From Chiloscyllium plagiosum (Eukaryota), in the NCBI RefSeq assembly GCF_004010195.1, contig NC_057756.1, positions 4,433,936 to 4,497,935 on the forward strand: DNA of 64,000 bases, in the 5' to 3' direction. A model generated the notes under the pieces. That model saw nothing but the letters and a program-made list of their open reading frames with translations. It had not been told where the DNA came from and ran no database searches. Position 1 is the first letter of the stretch. Every line of letters begins with the position of its first letter. This document shows, one piece after another, positions 13,801 to 25,800 of the stretch. The translations under genes and the position numbers were made by a program.

Positions 13801-16800
13801 CGTTGCAAGTTTTTATTTCGTCTTAGCCATTCGTTTTTTTTTCACAGTTAAGGAATCAATTTAACCTCATCAATCTCAATCTTTTTTATGGTGTAATCTT
13901 GAAAATTTCTATGTCAACACATACATTTAATAGTTACTCGGCTTCGTCAATTTATTGGTTTGCATGAAAAATAATTGCTCCTAAATATTCATTTTGCATG
14001 TCCAAATTTAACAATCCATTTTATATTTCTTTCCAACTTGAATTTGATCATTTATCCCTGCTCTTTTCTGAATTTCTTTTCTTCTTTCTTCCTGAATTCT
14101 ACGATTACCTCAAAAGACAATAGACAATCGGTGCAGGTGTAGTCCATTCTGCCCTTCGATCCAACATCACCATTCATTATGATCATGGCTGATCATCCTC
14201 AATTAGTATCCTGTTCCTGCCTTATCCCCATAACCCTTGATTCCACTATCCTGAAGAGCTCTATCCAACTCTTTCTTGAAAGTATCCAGAGACTTGGCCT
14301 CGACAGCTTTCTGGGTCAGAGCATTCCATACACCCACCACTCTCTGGGTGAAGAGGTTTCTCCTCAACTTAGTGACGAACTTTTCCAAACTTGTAAGTTT
14401 ACTGCTTTTGAATCAATTCTGTCTGTATCTTTTCCTGCTAAACATTGGTTCCTAGATATCCTGTCGGGTATTTCCCCTTTACAAATTGTACATTTCATTT
14501 TTATAAAGAATCAAACAGTCATTCTTTATTTGAGAGACATTGACAATCTGCAGTAAGCAGTTTGTAAGTCACATAGCTTTCCACTGCGGACATTTTAAGA
14601 CATTTATTTATCAATATCCATGGGCAAATTTATTCATATGATCTTGTATGCAAGAATTTTTTTTCATACCGAAGGAAAATATGAGTCATGGTCTTCTTCA
14701 CATTTTGATAAAATACCCTTTTTCATGTAGATTATTAAGCAGCCATTTTTCTTGCAATGAGATCAAACGAAAATTACATTTTTTTTCTAGTTTTTGCATC
14801 AACATATTGATCCACGAAACCGTGTGCAAAAAGTATTGATTTTTTGTTTCTTTAATTCAATTAGTGTTCATTTTACTGTTTCAGTCTACATGCAGATTGA
14901 CATCTTTGATTGTTGCATTGCACAGCACATTTAATTGCCTGAGTCATAAAATTATTTTCGATATATACAACGATTTACTGTTTTCAAGTGATACATTATA
15001 AATTAGAGCATTTTTTATCACGACACTATTTGACAAAATAGGAGTCTGAATGTCAAGTGGTAATGTCTCCATTTTTGGATGACTCCAAGTCTGTGTGTGG
15101 TAAGCTTGTGATACAGTGAAGTAATGCCATCAAAAGAGAGAGCCATGTAAAAATTGCAAAGTTTACCAATGGTTCAGAAGTCCATCAAAAAGAAGGGAAG
15201 CATCTTTTTGACAGCGAGAAAACGCATCAAAACCATTCGTGTCATATTACTTTACTTTAGAGGTGACAGATCTCTCATTTTACATCCTCCCATCCCGGTG
15301 TTTTTATAATTTTATTTCATTCACGTGTGCATTAAATTTGTCATTGAATGCATTGATCATCACTGCCTTAATCACATCAGATTACAGCTAAATAGAATGA
15401 ATGTTAATCTGTTAAAAAGAAACACCAGAAACACAAAACAGCATTCTTGCATCACAACTGTAGTTATTGCTTGAACTTTTTGATATCTTTTCATGACTAA
15501 TGTCCAAAGACGTAATGGGAGTGGGTTCCTGTCGTCCTCAAGTTTTATTATCTCGTACTAATCTAAGAAGACTTCATTTAGGATTGTTTCCCGAAAGTTA
15601 GGAATCTTCATCGACATTCTACGCTACCTTAAAAAGAAGAAAAAATGTCTAAGAAACTCCAGGGCAATTGGTAGTCTATGCTGATTTCGCCCACTAATTC
15701 AAAACGTAACAAACCTCTATTATTTAACACATCTCATGACTATTTCCAGCACGTTATCAAGCAAACACTCAACGTGCCGGTTAGGTGATGCGTTTTGATA
15801 TGAAACCAAAATCACCTATTACTTGAAATGAGCCTGTTCAGGTACAGAAGTAAACAATGTGGATTTGCAAATGTACGAATTTTGAAAGGTTTCTCTATTT
15901 TATCAATTCTGTTACGATGGAAACAAGAAACCCGAAATTGAAAAGTGAAGGTGAGTTAGAACAACATTCATCAAATATTAGATTGAAAATTGATGAGTGC
16001 AGTTCTGATCATTGCAACGGACTTTGATGTAAGTGAAATAGTGTAGTGTTGGTTTACAATGATGGAAGCAGAAACGCCCAGTTTATACTTATCATGAAAT
16101 GATGAACACTTTTGAATAAAAATGGAAAGCAGCATCACTACAACTGTAACCTGTGCTTGTCGAGTTGAAAAAGACATAATTCTCTACCTATTCCCATGAG
16201 TTGTAAGATAAACACTAGCTATCGAGAAATAAATTGATTGGAACACCTTCTTCACCCAAACCATAATTAGATTTTTTATTATTATTACTGATTTTAGTAG
16301 AGCGTCCAACACCTTCAACCGTCAGAATTATGAGTTACTATGCATGACGATTTCATTGCTCATGTTCAAGTGTCAAAAACTGTCATGACTGGAACAAATG
16401 ACATAGGTTAGCTAATTATTTCTAAATACCTTCATTTCAATTCCGTAGGTGTTGATAAGAATGCACTGACATTTGTGCGAAGGGAATTGACACAGAATGA
16501 AACTGTATTTTTCCTCCTAAGGGACCCATTTGAATGTATGAAAAAAACCCTACTCTTTCCATGTTGAGTGCAATTAGGAATCAATATGCACTTTTAAACA
16601 TGCATTGGTATCTTTGTCATAATATGTGTCCTTTCACTACGTTTTCTATTATCATAAACTTCCCAATTATTACCAGTTTGCAGTGGTCAACAACTCATTT
16701 GATTCATAAAGCACAACGTATATTTATGTCGTGTCTCCCCAGAATATGAACAGTTGAAGGACAATTTTGAAGCTAAAGGTAATTCATTCACATTTTATAT

Positions 16801-19800
16801 CTTGGAGAATGTGAGAACTCCAGGTGCTGGAGATCAGAGTATAGTGCTGTAAAAGCACAGCAGGCCAGGCAACATGCGAGGAACAGGAGAACTGACATTT
16901 TGGGCAAAACCCTCCATTAGGAATGGGGCTTGAGAGATCTCATATCTAGCTTCAATATTTTCTTAAATCCAAGTTCGGGCTTTCATATAATTAATCAGTG
17001 TATTTTAGGTAATGATGTTAACAATGCGCTGGATTACATATTATAAGGGATGACATTCAGTTTTAAATTTACACAACGTGAAACGTGAAGTCCGTTTGAG
17101 TCTGAAGAAGCACAAATGTTTTCACTTAAATGGAATGGAGCTTAAAAATTAATAAATACAAGTCTATTGCGATTGATTAAGATGAGCAATCTAAAAATCA
17201 GTACATGTTTAGTTACTTCAACACGAAAGACTTTGCAATGTAAAGTTTTATGTGCATCTGTTTGATTAGTATGGATATGTAGTACAGTAGTATTACTGCT
17301 TCTTTAAGAATTAAACTTCCCTTCACGACAAACTAAAAGAAAGAAAGAGGTATCCAGGGCATGTTACACACTTTTGAGTAACATTAAACAGACAAAAAAA
17401 AAACCTCAGATGTGGATCTCCCCAGTAAGAAAAAAAGAGATTCAAGCATTTTAAGCAGATATTTAAGAACTTTTTTAGGCGAAGATGCCATAATAAAACT
17501 GCAATTTTAGCCATTGATCAGTAATTTAACTTACCAAAATTGAAAATTTTACAGCTTTAACAGTAGCTCAGAGGCTGGAAATATCCCACAAATTAACACT
17601 CTCTGATTTCTGGAATAAAGTCCATTATCAATAATTCAGAATGGTAAGCTATTCTGAAATTGTGTAATATTATACATCTTCCTGGATTATTACATTGTCA
17701 ATAATAAACAAGATGCTGAAAATATCTTGGGATAAATCTACTCAGACGTGCTATTGTACTTCTTGCAGCAGGACATCCTTGAAGTGTTGCCTTTTGTTTA
17801 AGAGAGAGAAACATTGCCGCTGCGCAAAACAACAGAAACAGAAATGTAAACTGCAATGGCATTACTGGATGAACTTCTACCCACGTACAAACAAGACCTG
17901 AGTTCACCGAAGTTCCCAATATGCTAAGATCGAACTGTATCTAAAAAAAATGGCCATGGCTGAAGCAAGGCACTTAATTTTATCCTAGCATTTGTGGGCC
18001 ACATCTTGAGCAGCTAAATGAAAGCTGTGATTTGTAGTTCTCTCTAACAGAGGCTCAATGGAAACAATACCTGACGCTCGGCAAGTCAAAGAAGCATTCA
18101 TTTAAAGGACATTTGCAAATACGAAAACGCACAATGGCATGATCACCCAAGTATCTTTTTCTTCCAATGCACATCTCGCAGCAGTACGATCTGTATTTTT
18201 TTCACAACACTCCCAATGTCAAATTTCCCTGCCTGCCTCAACACCTTGTTTGGATCTCAGTCTCGTCAACGTCCGAAGTTGAAGAAGGCAGTGTTCATCA
18301 TCTCAAGAAAAAATAGATAAATACTATCAATGTGTATTCATCAAAAATGGGGAGAACGAATACTAGTTAGAATACAGCAATACAGTTCTCATTTCTGATA
18401 TGCATGGCTCATTGAGAATAAGGAATACCTGTACAACGTAATAAGGTTGGCTAGGATTATTAAAAGCACATAGAGAAAATGTGACTTAGATTTAGAATAA
18501 ATGTTTTTAACCAGACTGGTGCGAATCAAATAGTCTTGAATTTGCCGAAGTATTCAGGAGCCCAGTTATCAACCTGAAAACTACAGATAATTAATTTAAA
18601 TAGAATGATACAAGATATGAATACATTCGTTCGTTTACAGGAATCACGGCACAGGAAGAAACGTTTAAATAATAAAAACATGCAAAGAAAATCAACCTGG
18701 CAAACTTAAGAATGTCCATGACATTGTTTCTATGAAGCTATTGTTATCTATGAATAATTAACATGATAAATATCACAAATCTCTATTAGACCAAGCATTA
18801 ACAAAGAAAGATAAAGGTAATATACTTAATATGATTCAGTTAGTCGTTAACAAAATATATTTTATTCAATATATGCTTTCAAAAAACATTTATGACATTG
18901 ATCAAAATGTAAGTGAAATGTCCAGCATTTGCTGCCCCTTTCGAAATGCTCTTCAATTAACTGTCTCTAAGTATGGATTAAGTGTAGGCTACCGATTGGT
19001 CTGTTTAAAGGAATGTATGATGCAATTACTATTTACAAGAAATGTTTGTTAAGGTTACAGTCATGATTACTGAGACAAGTTTTAGACTTCCACCAGCGTC
19101 CATGCTGAGATTTTACATTCGTCCAGAAGAATGTCATGCAGCCCTCTTGCCTGCTGGACCAGTAGCATTACCAATAAACCATAGAACAGTGTGGAAAAAA
19201 TCCATTCGCCCCATTTCTCCCACAGCATCGCTCTGAAGAGCGTGCTAACTAGTGTTATGGACTAGGCCAAACCACTCAAAGTGTTCTTAAGCAGGCAGCC
19301 CGGACCATAACTTTGCAATTTGTTTCGGTAAGTGCACAGTGAAAATTACCTAAACGAATTTAGATAAGTTGGTTACCAAATTTTAAAATAGGCAATCATG
19401 TATTCACAAATATACACAATTACACACAAAGAACAGATTTTTTAAAACCCTACAGAACTGAGTCTTCCCAAACGAGACATATTTATGCTGTTCTGAATAT
19501 ATGCAACAGTCCTAATGACCAAACCCTCTAACAAATAGTACAAATGAAACAAAGGCTTACAGGTCGAGGTTAGAAGAGCAGAAGGAGAGAGAGTCTGGCA
19601 GCCTGTTTCCATACAACTCACTGCTAAACTGGCTCTAACATATCTTAAGCTTTCAGAACTGACCACTGCCCTTTCATTATCGAGGTCACTTCTAAAACAT
19701 GACCACTTTGGACCGAAGTCTCATCTGTTTATGTAGAAACAAAAGGCGTCTCAAAATCCTCTTTCATCTCTGTACCAAACTAGCCCCTCAGAGCCGGGAG

Positions 19801-22800
19801 CTGGTTTATGACACCGCTGAAAAAAACACTAGCATCACAGTATCCTTGAGAAAAGGAACAGCTTTTAAAAATAAAGATCAGCTTTGTGACCCTAGAACGA
19901 CCCTGTCTGTGCCATCCTACAATTCCCGTGGCCAATCTACATTGCTGTAACATTCCTAGACACTCATAGCAATATTGCATTGCCAATGCACAGCTTTCGA
20001 TTGTGTCAGGAAACTGGAGCACTGGTAGAAAACCGAGGCACACACATAGACAACGTGCAAACTCCACAAAGACAGTCGCCCGAGGCTAGAAACGAGCAAG
20101 GGCTCCTAATACTGTAAAGTAACAGTGCCTACCACTGAGACACTGTGTCACCCAGATTGGTCCAAATTATTTCATTTGTTATACAAGACAATGGACTACT
20201 TGAGCTCTCTATTCAATGAAACGAATTATCTCCTGACTTGAAGTGGAGATTTTAGAGTTTCGTAACACATCACACAGATTTTGAATGTGCAGAAGAAACG
20301 TGATTACAATATGCTTGCAGTAGTCGGCAGCATCATGGAGATAGGAACGTAATATCTGATGCTGCTGGATGTTTGGTCTTAACTTCAAACTTGAGTGATG
20401 GACATGCATAAAAATTCGTTTACTACTTATCTAAGAATATGAGACTATGACGTTTAATGTTATGCAACTCTGATTAGAAAATACGTATTTATGGTACAAG
20501 TATTGGAGCGAACATTCGGGAGCATACCCGTTGATTATAGTTATGGAAGCATTTATAAGATTTTAGAATAACAATTTGATTACAATATCATATTCGAGTT
20601 TTCTCAGGAGATAGTTTTCCAACAACGCCCTAATGCACATTGTCTCTTACTTACGAAGGCCTACCTGTCATTAGATATTGACTTATATATAACTAAATTA
20701 TTTCGATGTCATTGCTTTATAATTCTGCTTTGATTCATGTATGAGACCTCCTTTTCTTCCAACACATTAACTTAAGAGAAATATAGTCTATCATGTGTAT
20801 TCACATATATATTGTAGAAATGATTTTTAAAAACTTCGAAAATTTCCTATTGAATGCGCTAAAACATTATAATTTCCAAACCTATGAATAGAATTGGACT
20901 TGTCTCAAGTTCGTTTCTATATTTTTTTTATTAGGTGGTTAACAAAATTGAATTGAATTCGGGAATATATATCTGGGACATTCCCATCACTTGACAAAAA
21001 TTGTTTTACTTATACTTTTCCTTTTGGTGTTTGCTTTGTATTCACAAAATGTCTGTGATATAATCATTACTGTACTGATATTCTCTTTTAGTACAGTAAC
21101 CAACAAATTGGGAATTTAATCTACAAATTCTTTATTTTAAATTGCTGGTCCAGAATTAGAGAAAATGCGAAAAAGTCAAATTAAATGTGGTAAGTGTCAG
21201 AATACTATGTTCTTCAAATAACATTTACTGTCTCATATATTCGTCGAACATGAAAAGATTGCCAATTTAAGACAACTTTTCTAAGATGGTGCAAGACTCG
21301 ACACAATACTATCAATTGTAATAATGGTGAGACCAAGGAATTTGCTCATTGATTACCAATATAGAATGCAATTATCATTCGTAAATTGTGTTTCTGCACT
21401 TACATCGTTTGATTTGACAGTCATGATGTTTATAAAATATCAAATTACACGTTTTAATATATTGCAGAGGAAAATTTGACAGCAGGCAGAAACGGTAGGT
21501 AAATCTATGCTTTCAAGAATGCATATGTACATTTCATTTTGTAACTGAAACTTGTCCCAGTTCAGCTAACATACAGAGCCACAGAACACAGAGGGAGAAC
21601 ATCCTGTGTCTCACGTACATATCGGATTTGAATTGAATTGAATTTATTTTGACATGTACTGATGCACAGTGAAAACCTTTATCTTATGAGCAATACAGGC
21701 AGATCTCATAGTTAAATAGCATAGAAAAATAAGTAATAAATAAACAACGGCAAAAACAAAAACACAAGGAGAGGCGAATGTGAAGAGTTTGTGAGTCCAT
21801 TCAGTATTCAAGCAACAGTAGGATAGAAACCCTTTTAAAACCGGCTGGGACGTGTGTTCTGGCTTATGTAATTTCTGCCTGATGGCAAACGGTGTAGAAA
21901 AAAAAAACATTGCCAGGTGTGATGGATCTTTGAGAAAGCTGGCAGCCTTTTCTTGACAGCCGGCACAGTAGATGAATTCTACAGATGGGAGGTTGGTCTT
22001 TGTGATTGTCGGGGCTGAATTCACCATCCTCTGTAAACGTCTCCGATCTTGAATGGAACAGTTGCCATACCATGTAATGAGGAGAAAATGAGGTCTGCAG
22101 ATGCTGGAGATCAGAGCTGAAAATGTGTTGATGGAACAACGCAGCAGGTCAGGCAGCATCCAGGGAACAGGAGAATCGACGTTTCGGGCATAAGCCCTGA
22201 AGAAGGGCTTATGCCCGAAACGTCGATTCTCCTGTTCCCTGGATGCTGCCTGACCTGCTGCGTTGTTCCAGCAACACATTTTCAGCTCATACCATGTAAT
22301 GATACAACCAGACATAATTCTCTCGATAGCTCGCCAATAAAAGTTGGCAAGCATAATTGTCATCATGCCAAATTTCCTCAGCTGCCTGAGGAAGAAGAGA
22401 CATGGTTGGGCCGTTGTAACTAGTGCATCCACATGAACCAGTGCAACTTATTTTTCTTGGGTCAATGATTTAACTCCATTTCCGTATCGCCCCACTAATA
22501 CATTTTTGCCCACTTATAACTCACTTCCATTTCTGAGTTCTTTTGTCTGCAACTACATTACCTTGTAATAAGCAAGAACTATGTACCCCATAATTTGCCC
22601 CCTGTATGTGATTCTGTTTGCTATCCACTGACAAGTTCGCTCCCCTGGCTCTGCTCTTTCCGATGTGTTGAATTATCATCTAATGTGCACATTGTTTACT
22701 TCAAATTTACATGCATCCAGAAATTTTTGAGGCAGTTCTCTGCTTTAAAAATTACTGATGTCTTTTACTTGAAAGTCAATCTGCGATATTGGGAAAAATA

Positions 22801-25800
22801 GTACTGGCCGTTTGAAATACCCTTGAGTGATTTTCCATTCCAAATCAAAAAAATGTCAGTTCTTTATTTAAATATGTTGTTAAGAAGGGAATGAATCATG
22901 ATTTTCAGCGGAACTCTGATGTTAGAAGGTCTTGACGCAATATTCATAAAGCCAAGAATGACATTTAACCGACTAATTTTACAATTTAACAGACTGAAAC
23001 GTCGATTCCAATGAACTCTTAAAACCAAAGGATGATAGAACATGGAACGTGCAACAATGCAGCACAGTATGACTTCTTTGGCCCACGATGTTGTGCCGAC
23101 CTTTCATCTGACTCTAAGATTAAACCTGGGTATTCTTCATTTTACAGTCATCCATTTGTCTATATAAGCGTCGCTGAAATGTGACTGATGTATCTGACAA
23201 GACTATCACTTGTGGCAGTGCATTACACGCTCGCACCATTAGATCATAGAACCTACAACAGTACAGCACAGAACAGGCCCCTCAGTCCACGATGTTGTGC
23301 CGACCATTGATCCTCATGTGAGGTAAGCGTCGCTGAAATGTGGCTGATGTATCTGACAAGACTATCACTTGTGGCAGTGCATTACACGCTCGCACCATTA
23401 GATCATAGAACCTAGAACATTACAGCACAGAACAGTCCTTTCAGTCCACGATGTCGTGCCGACCATTGATCCTCATGTGAGGTAAACTTAATGTACAAAC
23501 TCTCAAATTTCCGTGACTATATGCATTTCCAGCAGTTTCTTAAGTATCCCCAATGACCTCGCTTCCACAAATGCTGCTGGCAAATAATTCCATGCTCTCA
23601 CAACTCTCTGCGTAAAGAACCCGCCTCTGAAATCCCCTCTATACTTTCCACCAAACAGCTTAAAACTATGACCCCTCGTGTTCAAAATTTCTGCCCGGGA
23701 AGAGGTTTTTGGCTATCAACTCTATCTATGCCTCTCATTATCTTGTACACCTCAATTAGGTCCCCTCTCTTCCTTCTTTTTTCCAATGAAAGATGTCCGA
23801 GCTCAGTCAACCTCTCTTCGTAAGATAAGCCCTCCATTCCAAGCAGCATCCTGGTAAATCTCCTCTGAACCCTCTCCAAAGCATCCAAATCTTTCCTATA
23901 ATAGGGCGATCAGAACTGTACACAACATTCCAAGTGCGATCTAACCAAAGTGTTATAGAGTTTCAACAAGATTTCATGGCTCTTCAACTCAATCCCCCTG
24001 TTAATGAAAGCCAAAACACCATATGCTTTCGTAACAACTCTGTCCACTTGGGTGACAATTTTAAGAGATCTATGTACCTGCACACCAAGATCCTGCTGTT
24101 CCTCCACACTGCCTTTAATCCTGTACTCAACTTTCAAGTTCGACGTTCCAAAATGCATCACCTCGCATTTATCCAGGTTGAACTCCATCTGCCACCTCTC
24201 AGCCCATCTCTGCATCCTGTCAATGTCATGCTGAAGCCTACAACAGTCCTCGATACTGTCAACGACACCTCCAACCTTTGTATCGTCTGCAAACGTGCTA
24301 ATCCATCCTTCAATCTCCTCATCCAAGTCATTAATAAAAAAATACAAAGAGTAGAGGCCCAAGAAAAGAGTCCTGTGGAACACCACTCACCACTGACCTC
24401 CAGGCAGAATATTTTCCTCCACTACCACTCGCTGTCTTCTGTCGACCAGCCAATTCTGTATCCAGACAGCTGAATTTCCTGTATCCCATTCTCAGTTTAA
24501 AGAACCAAATTCTGACATCTCTCCTAAACCTTTCTCCAATCACCTTAAATTCATGCCTCCTCATGAAAGCTATTTCCACTCTGGGGAAAATAATTTCTAG
24601 CTATCCTCTCTATCTCTGCCTCTCAGCATCTTGTACAATTCAATCAAGTCACCGCTCATCCTTCTTCGCTCCCATGAGAAAAGCCTGGCTCCCTCAACCT
24701 TTCTTCACAAGACATGCCCTCCATTCCAGACATTATCTTGGTAAATCTCCTCTGCAACCTCTCCAAACCTTCTAATAATGAGGTGAATAGAACTGGACAC
24801 AATTTTCCATGTATGGTGTAACCAGAGGTGAAGCATAATCTCGCGATCTTAAAAAGAACCTCCTGCTAAAGAAAGCCAATATTGCAGCTTCTTAGCATCC
24901 CTATCAACTTGGGGGACAACTTTGAGGGATCTGTGGACTTGGGCCCCAAGATCCCTCTGTTCGTCCACACTGCCAAGATTCCTGCCTTTAATCCTGTAAT
25001 CTGCATCCAAAATGAATCACTTCACACTTTTCTAGGTTGATGTCCATATGCCGCACTGCATTCTGTCAATGTGCCGTTTCAACATACAGCAGCACACCAC
25101 ATTATCCTTACTTCGAACAAACATTGTGTCATCGTCAAACGTACGAAACGTCCCTTCCACTTCCTCTTACAAGTCATTTATAAAAAACTCAAAAGGAGCA
25201 GTGGTTCCAGAACATAACCCTCTGGAACACCACTCACCAATGAGATTTAGGCTGGGAAGTTTTCAACTATTAACAAACTCTGTCTTCTATGGGCCTGACA
25301 AATTTCCCTTTATTCATGCCTCCTTACTTTCTGAATGAGCCTACCATGGGGAACTTTATCAAACTCCTTGGTAATATCCATATACACCGCACCCACTGCT
25401 CCACCTTATTTAATATCTTTAGTCACATATGAAATGATTCAGTGTGGCTTGTGAGGCATGATCTGCCCTTCACAAAGCAATACTGACTTTCTCTAATAAG
25501 GCTACGCTTTTCCAAATCAACTCTCTCAGAATACTCTTACAATTTTCCCTCCACCAACATAAGACCTCCTCATCAGTAATTCCCAGGATGATCCATATTC
25601 CCTTTATTTAACCAGCGAATAGCCGCAACTTATCTGGTACTACTCCAGTGGTCAGTGAGGATGCAAAGATCTTTTCCAAAGGCGTAGCAATCTCTTCCCT
25701 CACTTCCTGTAGAAACCTTGGGTATATCCCGTCTGGGGTAGGGTTCATATCTATCATCATGTTTTGTTTTTCAAAATTCCCAGCACATCATTCTTCTTAA

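Larger units (their letters stand above)
21628..22435 (-). mobile_element. Rex1/Babar-type LINE 3' fragment
   Basis: LFFLRQLRKFGM...NFY..AIE.IMSGCIITWYGNC...DRRRLQR...KDPSH, with an (ATTCA)n tail. Confidence 0.85.

Noticed and set aside
17690..18420. Possible decayed coding exon (IYSDVLLYFLQQDILEVLP...)
   Set aside because: Multiple stops, no convincing splice sites, no recognised homology.
21644..22432. 262-aa ORF
   Set aside because: Chimera of a Rex1/Babar RT C-terminus and an in-frame palindromic insertion; not a host gene.
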